Assembly (NCBI GenBank): GCA_040384565.1
Contig: JAZKJC010000001.1
Span: 1,457-65,456 of the forward strand
DNA from: Patescibacteria group bacterium
GTDB lineage: Bacteria > Patescibacteriota > Saccharimonadia > Saccharimonadales > JAZKJC01
Length of the DNA: 64,000 nt
Reading direction: 5' to 3'
Every line of letters starts with the position of its first letter. Positions within the stretch are counted from its first letter, which is position 1. The translations under genes were made by a program, and so were the position numbers. The notes beneath the pieces were generated by a model that was not told where the DNA came from, searched no databases, and worked only from the letters and a program-made list of their open reading frames with translations. Positions 1 through 9,651 of this stretch are shown piece after piece.

Positions 1-1
1 T

Positions 2-611
2 GATTGGGATGGCAATCTAGCAAAAACCTTAGATATATGGCTTGATGCTTGCAAGGAACCACTTGAAAAGAGGGGGTTAAAACTTTCAGACGAAGAAGTT
101 GCTTCTAGCTTTGGAGCATTTGCTAAACACATAAAGCAATGGGGCTTTGACGACATTGAAGCAATTATTGATGAAGCGGATATGATAGCCAAACAGAAGC
201 TTCCAAATGTTGAATTATATCCAGAGACTCTTGAGGTACTAGAAAGCCTACAAGCAGCAGGCAAAAAGCTCGCCTTGATAACTACTTCACCACACGAAAA
301 TATCAAGCCCATGCTTGATAAATATAATATAGGTCAGTTTTTTATGACTATCGTAGGGTGATGACACCACCCATCATAAGCCACATCCAGAGCCATTAGA
401 AAAGGCTATTGAGCAATTAGGTGGTAGTAAGGAAAAGTCTGTGATGATTGGGGATTCAGATAAAGACCTTGGTGCTGCAAATAACTTTGGTATAGACTCA
501 GTTTTGTTTTATCCACCCGAGCATAAGAAGTTTTATGATATTGAGAAATTAAAAAAACTAAGACCAACATATATAGTTAGTGATCTTCGTCAGATATTAG
601 AAATTGTGTAA
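2..611 (+). pseudogene. HAD-superfamily phosphatase (phosphoglycolate-phosphatase-like); 5' end outside window; interrupted by a 1-nt frameshift
   Basis: Frame 2 reads DWDGNLAKT (motif I) ...KKLALITTSP...FFMTIVG, then TGA at 359-361. Frame 3 continues DDTTHHKPHPEP...MIGDSDKDLGAANNFG...EIV to the stop at 609-611. Removing one G from the GGG run at 356-358 restores IVGDDT. Confidence 0.7.
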
Positions 612-719
612 GCTGAACCTTTTAGGACATACACACGTTATAAACCCTGTGTTCGTCACGGCCAACAACTGGCTACAAACATTGTGCTAAAGTATTTAGA
701 GCTAATTAAGGGGAGTTTT

Positions 720-1289
720 ATGAAGAAAATTATTATTGCGGGCTTAGTTGTTTTGGTTGCGGTTGCAGGTGGGGTTATGCTGATGAATGGTGGTAAGGAT
801 AAAAATAAAACTACCAATCAAGCACCTAGTACCGCTACCAATACCAATGATACTACTACAGAGTCTCAAAAAACCGCCTGCAAACTCTTAACACTAGAAG
901 ACGCGAAAGGCTTGCTTGGGGATAATGCAGTGCTGGTAGATGGCAGTGGAGGCGCCAATGCCGCTACTACCGAAGATGTAAAACTGGATAATTGTACTTA
1001 CAGTTCGGATGGCGCAACGCTAGGCGATCTGAAACAACTCACAATTCAAGTCCAATCCGGCAACAGCGATCAAGTCCAGCGAGCCTATGAAAACTATGAA
1101 AAAGAATTTCCCGGCACATCACTATCTGAACTGGGCGATGAAGCCTACTACGCGACCGAAGCCAAGCAAGTTAACGTAATGAAGAACGGTAACTGGCTAT
1201 TAGTATTCGGCGGGTCAATAAATGCCGGTGATGATGCAAACAAAGAACTCAACCTCAAAGCCGCCAAACTGGCTTTAGAAAAGTTGTAA
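720..1289 (+). CDS. secreted or membrane-anchored protein of unknown function
   Basis: ORF 684-1289. The ATG at 720 (MKKIIIAGLVVLVAVAGG) follows AAGGGGAG. Hydrophobic N-terminus followed by a T/N-rich linker. Confidence 0.6.
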   Translation: MKKIIIAGLVVLVAVAGGVMLMNGGKDKNKTTNQAPSTATNTNDTTTESQKTACKLLTLEDAKGLLGDNAVLVDGSGGANAATTEDVKLDNCTYSSDGATLGDLKQLTIQVQSGNSDQVQRAYENYEKEFPGTSLSELGDEAYYATEAKQVNVMKNGNWLLVFGGSINAGDDANKELNLKAAKLALEKL

Positions 1290-1330
1290 CTTACCAAAAT
1301 TAATTGTTTTCATTCAGGGCGCATAGTTTA

Positions 1331-2839
1331 TTAGCCAAGGCTTTTGCGGAGGAGGGCGGTTTCGGAAATTAGTTGCTGAATTGTCTCAGTATCGTTAGTT
1401 AGTAAAATATTTGATGTTAGGTTTTTGTGGGCTTTTTCGGTTTTGCTTTGGGGGCCAAATTTTACCCCAAAGTATGTTTCTGCGGCGTGTATATCCTCTT
1501 GAACTTCTTTCCAAGCGCTATTTCTTTTAACTAAAGTATCAAGGTTATCACTATTCAAATAGCGTCCAGCCCTTTGCAGATCACGGCCAAGTTCGGCGTA
1601 GGCTTGATTGATAATGCCTGAATCGTCAGAGCTTAATTGCTTCAGGCAACGGCCAACACCAATGAATTCTGGGGGGACTCCGAGCGAATAAAAGCCTGAT
1701 GTAAAAGTTATAGCCCTAGGTAAGGGTACATTATTCATGGAACGCCCATAGGCCAACAGCCCAATGTGTTGGCGGCGTTCACGACGGCGCGGAACAGCAG
1801 AAAATATAGTGGCCAGATCTTTGATGATATTTTTGAGGGTGGTTTGATAGAAAGCAGTTGCCTGCATGCCTATAGCAATTAGCTTAACTCTGCGTTCGGC
1901 TGAAATATTTGGCGGTAAGGCTTTAGGCAAAAGCCGTTCCAAATCTTCTACAGCCGATTTAACGGATTTTAAGGGATAGTCATAGCGAAAGGCAGACTGC
2001 AAGCTAACTGTGCGCATGCCGGCGTATTCATGAACGTATTCATCTACAGTTTCCGGAGTTAGCCCACCACGAAAAGGTAAGCTGCCAACACCGGATATAG
2101 GGAAAACTGATATATTGGTTTTGTCCGCAAATTCGTAAACACGGGAAAGAGCCAATTTGTTCGCAAGCACAGTGGCTAAAAAACCGGAAACAATCGCCGG
2201 ATCTGAGCGGGCCAAAAAAGGGCGAATGTATTTGGGCTTGCTGCCAAAATGTTCGGTATGTAGCCTGACGTATTCTTGCAATAGTTCGTAAATGCCGTGT
2301 TGGCTTTCTACACTTTCTGTTAAGGGGATAATTTCCAGGTAACTATTATTGGCCGGCTTGTCCGGCGTAAATTCGCGCGATTTAAATTCAGCCAGCTTTT
2401 GGAATAGTTTTTGCATATGCATGAGCTGGTCAGCACGTTCGGTCATTGGCAATATGACTTCAAACAGTGGTCGAACAGCAAATCCCAGGTCACGGGCAAA
2501 ATCTTCGCCGCTTAAAATAACTGTCATAGCTTGCAAGAGGCTGTAACCTTTCTCTTCCCAGATATTCGGCAGCCGGAAGGTCAAAAACCTGTCTTTGCCC
2601 AAAATATTCTTTGAAAAGTAGTCATGGTGGTCGCCAAGTAACTTATCAATTACTGCCGCGTCGGCGTGTTTGCCCTCCCAGTCCCACATGTACTCTTTAA
2701 TGCCCATATCCTCAAACGCGGCCATACAATCCGTAATTTCACGGTGTGTTCCAATAAAAGGATGGTCATTTGGCGCCCAATATGGCGATCCGGCATTGTC
2801 CGGGTGCTGGGTTGCCATTGTAGCTGGGATAGTCCGCAT
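1331..2839 (-). CDS. ppcA: archaeal-type phosphoenolpyruvate carboxylase (PepcA family)
   Basis: ORF 1331-2887. MRTIPATMATQHPDNA resembles the conserved TQHPDN N-terminus of ~500-aa archaeal-type PEPC. The internal ATG at 2839 is preferred because TATAAT lies 6 nt upstream. Confidence 0.8.
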   Translation of the reverse strand: MRTIPATMATQHPDNAGSPYWAPNDHPFIGTHREITDCMAAFEDMGIKEYMWDWEGKHADAAVIDKLLGDHHDYFSKNILGKDRFLTFRLPNIWEEKGYSLLQAMTVILSGEDFARDLGFAVRPLFEVILPMTERADQLMHMQKLFQKLAEFKSREFTPDKPANNSYLEIIPLTESVESQHGIYELLQEYVRLHTEHFGSKPKYIRPFLARSDPAIVSGFLATVLANKLALSRVYEFADKTNISVFPISGVGSLPFRGGLTPETVDEYVHEYAGMRTVSLQSAFRYDYPLKSVKSAVEDLERLLPKALPPNISAERRVKLIAIGMQATAFYQTTLKNIIKDLATIFSAVPRRRERRQHIGLLAYGRSMNNVPLPRAITFTSGFYSLGVPPEFIGVGRCLKQLSSDDSGIINQAYAELGRDLQRAGRYLNSDNLDTLVKRNSAWKEVQEDIHAAETYFGVKFGPQSKTEKAHKNLTSNILLTNDTETIQQLISETALLRKSLG

Positions 2840-2951
2840 CACCACATTATAAGTTAGGACTTCCACAAACCGGCACATTTCGTCCAAAAAGGCCGAATAT
2901 TTTGCCAGTTCAATACCACATAGTACACTGCTATTAGACTTAAGGACTTAC

Positions 2952-4409
2952 TTGAAAAACACTTGGCGTTTCAGACGAACTACCGTTATAACTATTGGGC
3001 TACTAGCCTTTTTGGGTGGACTTGGTTTTGCGCGGACCAGAATCTGGCTTTCGGGCGCGGTAATAATTACGGTATGCCTGATGTTTTTGGTGACTATTTT
3101 TAAACGGAAGTTACCGGCTATTCTTGGAGTTTTGTTATTTGGCTTTGTACTTGGGTGGTGGAGGGGACAAGTCTTTTTGCAGCGTCTGGAGCCGCTGCAA
3201 CGCCTGCATGGCCAGCATATTGTAGCAACCGTCCAGGCTACAACTGATGCCGTTTATGATGACCGCCAGCAACTGTCTTTTGACGCTAATGATTTACACG
3301 TGAGCGATCCTACAGAAGAGGTATTGCCTGGTGTGATACAAATCGCTGGGCTGGGTCTATCCGCCGTGTATAAGGGTGATATTGTGAGAATAGAGGGGAA
3401 AGTTTACGCTTCACGCGGCAGCCGGATCCTGAGGATGAGTTTTGCGGAGATGGAAATACTGGGTCGTACTGATTCACCGATTGACAGTATTCGCCGCGAG
3501 TTTGCGGCCGGTATGCAGACAGCATTACCGGAGCCTCAGGCGTCCTTTGGACTGGGTCTGCTCATAGGGCAGCGTAACACTCTGCCTGATGACGTAACCG
3601 CGCAGTTATCGGCAGTTGGACTGACACATATCATTGCCGTATCCGGCTATAACCTGACCATTATTATGCGGGCAGTACGGCGTAAGCTCAAAAACCGGTC
3701 TAAATATCAGATTACTGTTTTGTCATTGGTGCTGATGGGATTATTTTTGTTAATGACGGGATTTAGTGCCAGCATAGTCCGGGCAGCAATAGTAAGCGGC
3801 CTGAGCCTGTTAGCCTGGTACTATGGCCGGACATTTCGTCCGTTGCTTCTGCTGGCATTAGCGGCAGTCGTGACGGCTGGCTGGAATCCGTTGTATATAT
3901 GGAGTGATATTGGATGGTATCTGTCATTCCTGGCCTTTTTTGGCGTTTTGATTGTGGCGCCGCTAATACACAAAAGATTGTTTGGAGACAAGGAAGTAAA
4001 AGTCCTGACGGGCACCCTAACAGAAACGTTATGCGCGCTACTAATGACAGTGCCACTGGTCCTGTATATTTTTAATCAAGTATCTTTGGTTGCCGTTCTT
4101 TCCAACTTGCTGATAGTGCCGCTTGTGCCGTTTGCCATGTTGTTCGCGTTGCTGGCGGGGTTGGGTGGCATGCTGTTGCCCATACTGGGAGGCATCATAG
4201 CATTGCCGGCCAGAATCTTACTAACCTATATGCTTGATCTGGTGCAAATTATCTCACGAATCCCTAATGCTTTGGTTGAGCGCGAACTTTCTTTGCTTAG
4301 CATGTTATTTTTGTATTTATGCGTGAGTCTTTTTGTGATAGTTTTATGGCGCCAAGTAGTCAAGAAACATGTTACAATAACAGATGTAAAAGCGGAGAAT
4401 GAAGCGTGA
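2952..4409 (+). CDS. comEC: ComEC/Rec2-family DNA internalization channel (no C-terminal metallo-beta-lactamase domain)
   Basis: 485-aa polytopic membrane ORF with the core motif LSAVGLTHIIAVSGYNLTIIM. TTG start according to the ORF track. Confidence 0.8.
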   Translation: MKNTWRFRRTTVITIGLLAFLGGLGFARTRIWLSGAVIITVCLMFLVTIFKRKLPAILGVLLFGFVLGWWRGQVFLQRLEPLQRLHGQHIVATVQATTDAVYDDRQQLSFDANDLHVSDPTEEVLPGVIQIAGLGLSAVYKGDIVRIEGKVYASRGSRILRMSFAEMEILGRTDSPIDSIRREFAAGMQTALPEPQASFGLGLLIGQRNTLPDDVTAQLSAVGLTHIIAVSGYNLTIIMRAVRRKLKNRSKYQITVLSLVLMGLFLLMTGFSASIVRAAIVSGLSLLAWYYGRTFRPLLLLALAAVVTAGWNPLYIWSDIGWYLSFLAFFGVLIVAPLIHKRLFGDKEVKVLTGTLTETLCALLMTVPLVLYIFNQVSLVAVLSNLLIVPLVPFAMLFALLAGLGGMLLPILGGIIALPARILLTYMLDLVQIISRIPNALVERELSLLSMLFLYLCVSLFVIVLWRQVVKKHVTITDVKAENEA

Positions 4410-5137
4410 GCGGTCACAGTAAATGGTCAACTATCAAGCGGCAAAAGGGCGCCAAAGACGCGGCTCGTGGCGCTGTATTTACGCGTTTGGGTAACGCTAT
4501 AGCCCTGGCCGCTCGCGGAGGTGACGACCCTGGCATGAACTTTACGCTTAGGTTGTCGATAGAAAAAGCCAAGGCAGCCAATATGCCAATGGCTAATATC
4601 CAACGCTCTATTGACCGGGGTAGCGGCAAACTGGGTGGTGCTCAGATTCAGGAGGTCATGTACGAGGGCTATGGGCCCGGCGGAGTGGCAATTCTGGTAG
4701 AGTGCGCCACGGACAACATCAACCGGACTTATCCGGAAGTAAAATTAGCTTTTAGCAAGCACGGGGGCAATGTTGCCGAAAAGGGCGCCGTAGCGTTTCA
4801 GTTTGATCGCAAGGGCAGCATACGGGTGAAAGGTGGGGGTGATGATTTGCTGCTGGCCGCTCTGGACGCCGGTGCTGATGATGTGCAAGAAGAAAGCCAG
4901 GAATCAATTATATACACAGACGCAAAACAACTGGCTACGGTGAGCGATGGCTTAAAAGCAGCTGGCATTGAAGTCATAGAAGCCGAGATCACCTATGTTC
5001 CTAATAACACTGTAGAAGTAAAAGATGCCGAAACCGCCGGTAAAATCATGCGCCTAATGGATGCCCTAGAAGACCAAGCCGACGTAACCACCACCCACGT
5101 AAACTTCGACATCTCCGAAGAACTGCTGGCAAGCTAA
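4406..5137 (+). CDS. yebC: YebC/PmpR-family transcriptional regulator
   Basis: N-terminus MSGHSKWSTIKRQKGAKDAARG is the family signature. 243 aa. Overlaps the comEC stop by 4 nt. Confidence 0.9.
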   Translation: MSGHSKWSTIKRQKGAKDAARGAVFTRLGNAIALAARGGDDPGMNFTLRLSIEKAKAANMPMANIQRSIDRGSGKLGGAQIQEVMYEGYGPGGVAILVECATDNINRTYPEVKLAFSKHGGNVAEKGAVAFQFDRKGSIRVKGGGDDLLLAALDAGADDVQEESQESIIYTDAKQLATVSDGLKAAGIEVIEAEITYVPNNTVEVKDAETAGKIMRLMDALEDQADVTTTHVNFDISEELLAS

Positions 5138-5937
5138 TGTACTATCAAGCAGAATTAGATTTCGCAAAAAATCTTGCGGAAAATGCTGGGAAAATTATGA
5201 ACCGTTATTTTTTGAGTCAGGATATGGGTACGACCTGGAAAAAGGACAATACTCCTATCACTGTTGCAGATACTATGATAAATGATTTAGTGATCTCCGA
5301 GGTTAAGAAGCATTTCCCCAAACACGGCGTATTAGGTGAGGAATCTAGCTATAAGCCGGAGCGTCCTATGATTTGGGTGGTAGACCCGATTGACGGTACC
5401 ATGCCTTTCAGCGCCGGCATCCCTGTATGTACTTTCTCCTTAGCTTTAGTAGACAGGGCGACAGGCCAGTCAGTAATTGGTGTAGTTTTTGACCCATTTC
5501 TTAAGCATCTCTATACATCAGTCATAAATACTGGCGCATTCCTAAATGATAAGCAAATTAAGACCTCAAAAATAACAACCCTTAAGAGTGCTTATCTGTC
5601 TGTAATTGGTGGTAGTGAAGATGATATTTTTAAGCCAGGGAAGTGCCTTGATTTAATGCGGGACACAGGAGCTCAATATTTGTCTATGATGTCTAGCGTA
5701 TATTCGGCAAGCAAAGTCGCAACAGGTGATCTAGCGGGCGGAGTCTTTGGCTACGGATCGCCCTGGGATTCGGCAGCAGTTTCATTACTAGTACAAGAAG
5801 CAGGTGGTAAAGTTACTGACTTAGAGGGAAAACCAAGACGTTACGATGAATGGGGTAACGGTTGTGTGTTTGCCGCAAATGACGTTATTCTTAGCAAGTT
5901 GTTGGATATTATAAGTAAATCATCGTCAAAGAGTTAG
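5137..5937 (+). CDS. inositol monophosphatase family protein
   Basis: Motifs GEES and WVVDPIDGTMPF. 266 aa. Confidence 0.8.
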   Translation: MYYQAELDFAKNLAENAGKIMNRYFLSQDMGTTWKKDNTPITVADTMINDLVISEVKKHFPKHGVLGEESSYKPERPMIWVVDPIDGTMPFSAGIPVCTFSLALVDRATGQSVIGVVFDPFLKHLYTSVINTGAFLNDKQIKTSKITTLKSAYLSVIGGSEDDIFKPGKCLDLMRDTGAQYLSMMSSVYSASKVATGDLAGGVFGYGSPWDSAAVSLLVQEAGGKVTDLEGKPRRYDEWGNGCVFAANDVILSKLLDIISKSSSKS

Positions 5938-5944
5938 GCAAAAG

Positions 5945-6418
5945 ATGCGTATTATAGGTATTGATCCGGGGACGGGGATCCTGGGATTTGGAATTATTGA
6001 AGTAAATGTCAGAGGCAAGGCATTGCTAGTAGATGGCGGTGTTATAAGAACCCCTGTTAAGGAAGACGATGCCGTACGGCTATTGACTATATACGAAGAA
6101 CTAACAGATATTATCGTGAATACCAAACCTCAGGTTATGTCAGTAGAAAAACTTTTTTTTGCCCAGAACGTAACTACCGCTATGACGGTAGCTCAGGCCC
6201 GGGGCATTGTATTGCTCACAGCCATGCAAGCTGGCTTGGAGATTCATGAGTACACGCCATTGCAGATCAAACAAGCCCTGACAGGCTACGGCCGTGCCGA
6301 CAAAAAACAGATGCAGGAAATGGTCCGCGTAATCCTGGGTCTAAAAGAAATCCCCAAACCAGACGACTGTGCCGACGCTTTGGCCGCCGCCCTCTGCTGC
6401 GCCCAAAGTGTGAGATAA
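5945..6418 (+). CDS. ruvC: crossover junction endodeoxyribonuclease RuvC
   Basis: MRIIGIDPGTGILGFG N-terminus. 157 aa. Lies beside ruvA/ruvB. Confidence 0.9.
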   Translation: MRIIGIDPGTGILGFGIIEVNVRGKALLVDGGVIRTPVKEDDAVRLLTIYEELTDIIVNTKPQVMSVEKLFFAQNVTTAMTVAQARGIVLLTAMQAGLEIHEYTPLQIKQALTGYGRADKKQMQEMVRVILGLKEIPKPDDCADALAAALCCAQSVR

Positions 6419-6433
6419 TGCCCCCACTAAACA

Positions 6434-6458
6434 GTTTCCAAGGAGCCTCCTTGGAAAC
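6434..6458. repeat. REP-like perfect palindrome, left copy (GTTTCCAAGGAG-C-CTCCTTGGAAAC)
   Basis: 12+1+12 nt palindrome read directly from the sequence. An identical copy lies at 7100-7124. Confidence 0.9.
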
Positions 6459-7072
6459 TAGTAGTCTGCTAGCTCATTTTTTATTTCATCTATAATTTTT
6501 TTTTGATCAATCCAGTCAGCTACAAACTTCTCATATTCTTTTACAGAGCTAAATAGTTCCAAAATTCTTTCGGGCTGAATCCAGTTAGCTTGCTTTTGAT
6601 CAAGATAATAAGGCAGGCTTGAATATTTCCATTTTTGGTATTGCTGAGGATTTAAATGTATATAGCGTGAAATATGTTGTAAATAGTCATCGCGAGTTAT
6701 CATTGATGCTTTGAATCTATCTTGAAATAAGGGACCGGTGCGCTTGTATTTTTTATTAAAGTAAGCTGTATATGATGTGCCAACTCTACGTAGTAACTGT
6801 GTCATTGCATCTGGCTCGAGCTGGTATATGAGCAAGTGATAGTGATTGGGCATTAGACAAAACGAAAGAAGCTCAACGCTATTATGCAGCCACTCATATT
6901 CTCTGCCCCTGTTATCGAGGGTTGGTTTATCATCAAGGTATCGTTTCAAAAGATTTAAGAAAACAGCATAATCTGAATCGTCAAGGAATACCCTCCGCTT
7001 ATTGACCCCTCGGTTATATAGATGGTAATAAGCTTCGGGTAAGTAAATTTTTTCAAGATTACGACTGGGCAC
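6458..7072 (-). CDS. IS200-like Y1 (HUH) transposase, REP-associated tyrosine transposase (RAYT)-like
   Basis: HUH motif MPNHYHLLIY, C-terminal RYIHLNP with Tyr, 204 aa. Flanked by identical palindromes. Confidence 0.75.
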   Translation of the reverse strand: MPSRNLEKIYLPEAYYHLYNRGVNKRRVFLDDSDYAVFLNLLKRYLDDKPTLDNRGREYEWLHNSVELLSFCLMPNHYHLLIYQLEPDAMTQLLRRVGTSYTAYFNKKYKRTGPLFQDRFKASMITRDDYLQHISRYIHLNPQQYQKWKYSSLPYYLDQKQANWIQPERILELFSSVKEYEKFVADWIDQKKIIDEIKNELADY

Positions 7073-7099
7073 TCATAGATTCTATAACATAAAAACTTA

Positions 7100-7124
7100 G
7101 TTTCCAAGGAGCCTCCTTGGAAAC
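7100..7124. repeat. REP-like perfect palindrome, right copy
   Basis: Identical 25-nt palindrome (26 nt including the preceding A) to 6434-6458. Confidence 0.9.
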
Positions 7125-7149
7125 GAGAAGATAATGAGATAATGAGGGG

Positions 7150-7731
7150 ATGATTGCGACATTAAGTGGTGTGGTTGCCGAAAAGCTGGATGTGGTTTTA
7201 GTTTTAGACGTTCAAGGCGTGGGTTATGGTTTGCTGGTTACTAACGAAGACTTTAGTGCACTCATGGTCGGGGACCATGCCAAAGTTTACGTGCATGAAC
7301 ACATTAGGGAGATCAGTCATGACTTATATGGTTTTTGCCGGTTGGACAGTATGAGATTGTTCGAGCAGTTGCTGGATGTTAACGGCGTAGGGCCAAAGAT
7401 GGCACTAAAAATTCTTGGTGTCGGTAGTGCAGATGCGGTTCGCACTGCGATTGCTGCAGGCGACACCAAGTTTATCCAGGCAGCCAGTGGAGTGGGTAAA
7501 AAGGTTGCTGAACGAATAGTGGTGGACCTGAAAGACAAAGTTGGGCTGGTAAGTAATGAAGGTGCGACTGATTTTTTACAAGGCCCGGCCTTGCAGGACG
7601 AAGCAGTACAGGCTTTAGTGGCGCTTGGTTTTACACCGCAAGACGCAACCTTGGCGCTGCAAAATATTGACGCAAAACTTTCTTCAGAAGAACGTATTAA
7701 AAAAGCATTGAAGTACCAGGGGAAACACTAA
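7150..7731 (+). CDS. ruvA: Holliday junction branch migration complex subunit RuvA
   Basis: 193 aa. HhH region LLDVNGVGPKMALKIL. Directly abuts ruvB. Confidence 0.9.
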   Translation: MIATLSGVVAEKLDVVLVLDVQGVGYGLLVTNEDFSALMVGDHAKVYVHEHIREISHDLYGFCRLDSMRLFEQLLDVNGVGPKMALKILGVGSADAVRTAIAAGDTKFIQAASGVGKKVAERIVVDLKDKVGLVSNEGATDFLQGPALQDEAVQALVALGFTPQDATLALQNIDAKLSSEERIKKALKYQGKH

Positions 7732-8760
7732 ATGGCAGTTGAACGGATTGTACAAGGCATAGTCCCGGATGATGACCAGCAGGAACAAGAACTGGAAGTT
7801 ACACTGCGGCCACAAGATTTTGCCAGCTATATTGGCCAGGAGCGGCTCAAAGCCAACTTGATTTTAGCTATTACGGCGGCCAAAAAACGTGGTGAACCGG
7901 TGGACCATGTTTTGCTGTATGGACCACCAGGGCTGGGTAAAACCACCACAGCTAGCGTTATAGCACACGAGATGGGCGCTAATATACGTATTACCAGCGG
8001 ACCAGCCATTGAGCGGGCAGGAGATCTGGCAAGTCTGCTCACGAATCTGCAGGACGGCGACATCTTGTTTATTGACGAGATCCACCGCTTGCACCGCACA
8101 GTAGAAGAAGTACTATATAGCGCGATGGAAGATTTTAAGCTGGACATTATGCTTGGCAAAGGCCCAAGCGCGCGTAGCTTAAGACTTGATCTGCCAAAGT
8201 TCACGCTTATTGGCGCAACAACGCGTACGGGCGCTTTAGCCGCGCCGTTACGTGATCGCTTTGGCTTACAGCACCGGCTGGAATTTTACAGTCGTAGCGA
8301 AATAGCCCAAATTATCCTACGGGCAGCCAGCATACTAAAAGTCAAAATAAGTACTGATGCCGCTGAACACTTGGCGGAACGAGCTCGACTAACTCCGCGT
8401 ATAGCCAACCGTTTGCTCAATAGAGTAAGGGATTACGCAGATGTTAATGGCGACGGTATTATTGACGCTAATATAGCACAAAGTGCTCTAGGGCTCTTAG
8501 AGATTGACGAGCTAGGGCTTGATCCGGCAGACCGGCGAGTGCTTGAGGCAATCATTGATAATTATAACGGCGGGCCGGTTGGACTTGACACCATTGCCGC
8601 ATTAACTGGGGATGAGCGTACAACTATAGAAGATTTCTACGAGCCATATATGATGCAGATAGGACTTTTGGAGCGCACGCCGCGTGGCCGCAAAGTGACT
8701 CCAAAAGCCTACAAGCATTTGGGCAAAAAGAACTCAGTAAATCAATCAACATTACTGTAG
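7732..8760 (+). CDS. ruvB: Holliday junction DNA helicase RuvB
   Basis: Walker [10 protein letters not shown], Walker [11 protein letters not shown], 342 aa. Confidence 0.95.
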   Translation: MAVERIVQGIVPDDDQQEQELEVTLRPQDFASYIGQERLKANLILAITAAKKRGEPVDHVLLYGPPGLGKTTTASVIAHEMGANIRITSGPAIERAGDLASLLTNLQDGDILFIDEIHRLHRTVEEVLYSAMEDFKLDIMLGKGPSARSLRLDLPKFTLIGATTRTGALAAPLRDRFGLQHRLEFYSRSEIAQIILRAASILKVKISTDAAEHLAERARLTPRIANRLLNRVRDYADVNGDGIIDANIAQSALGLLEIDELGLDPADRRVLEAIIDNYNGGPVGLDTIAALTGDERTTIEDFYEPYMMQIGLLERTPRGRKVTPKAYKHLGKKNSVNQSTLL

Positions 8761-8769
8761 AATATACTT

Positions 8770-9351
8770 ATGAATCCGGAAAATCTCTCCAACAATGCCA
8801 AGCGGTTTTTCCCAATGATTGAATTTGACCGGGGTGAAGAATTGGTATGGGAAATCCGCAAACACCCTTTTGGGCTCTTTGTAATTTATCTGATTGGCAG
8901 TATAGTCACGCTATCTCTAGTTGGGCTGCTTATTCTTGGGCCTATGAGCTATACCTCTGATTTCTTTGGGCTTGGCATAGATCTTGGCAGCCTGAAGCCA
9001 ATTCTGATATTGGTTGGGTTTTTGCTTTCGGCGTTATCACTTGGCGCTACGCTCATCGGAGCCTATCTGTATACAAGTGACGTGGTGCTTGTCACTTCAG
9101 AAAAAATTGCTCAGTTCTTGCATCAAACAATTTTTAACCGTAAGATTTCCCAATTAAGCATAGGTGATGTCCAGGACGTTACGGTTACTCAAAAAGGCAT
9201 ATTTGCCCGGATATTTAATTATGGAACACTTGTCATTGAGACTGCCGGAGAACAACAAAACTATACGTTTAACTATACGCCAAGGCCTTATGAGGCGGCG
9301 AAAGCAATTGTAGGGTCACACGAAAAGGATGTAGACAAACATGGTAATTAG
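8770..9351 (+). CDS. membrane protein with bacterial PH (bPH_2/YdbT-like) domain
   Basis: Two TM helices followed by ISQLSIGDVQDVTVTQKGIFARIFNYGTLVIETAGE, typical of bPH_2 domains. Confidence 0.6.
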   Translation: MNPENLSNNAKRFFPMIEFDRGEELVWEIRKHPFGLFVIYLIGSIVTLSLVGLLILGPMSYTSDFFGLGIDLGSLKPILILVGFLLSALSLGATLIGAYLYTSDVVLVTSEKIAQFLHQTIFNRKISQLSIGDVQDVTVTQKGIFARIFNYGTLVIETAGEQQNYTFNYTPRPYEAAKAIVGSHEKDVDKHGN

Positions 9352-9651
9352 CTATTCATTAAATGGATTGTTTCGGGCTTGATCGAAGAGAGATTGGACT
9401 TGGATATTTTGGCTTTCTAATTGCTCGACCTTTTCCAGAACGGCATTATCAAGCTTTGGCCTTTGAACTGTCTGGAGTTTCTCTTGGACAGCTTCTTCAG
9501 TAGGTTCGGTATGGCTAAATTGATTAATCCTAAATACAAAGAACCCAAAGATCATTAGCAAAGCTATAAAATATCCAAAAACGATGTATTTTCTGAGTAG
9601 CTTTAGCTCTGGCTTCAATTTAGACGGGAGATTTTTTAATTCAATCTTCAT
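9352..9651 (-). CDS. small membrane protein, last gene of the pil cluster (function unknown)
   Basis: 99 aa with one TM helix. Its start overlaps the stop of the pilO-like gene by 4 nt. Confidence 0.5.
   Translation of the reverse strand: MKIELKNLPSKLKPELKLLRKYIVFGYFIALLMIFGFFVFRINQFSHTEPTEEAVQEKLQTVQRPKLDNAVLEKVEQLESQNIQVQSLFDQARNNPFNE

Larger units (their letters stand above)
6434..7124 (-). mobile_element. REP-RAYT-like unit inserted antisense between ruvC and ruvA
   Basis: A Y1 transposase ORF is bracketed by two identical palindromes. The unit occupies the whole ruvC-ruvA gap. Confidence 0.65.
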
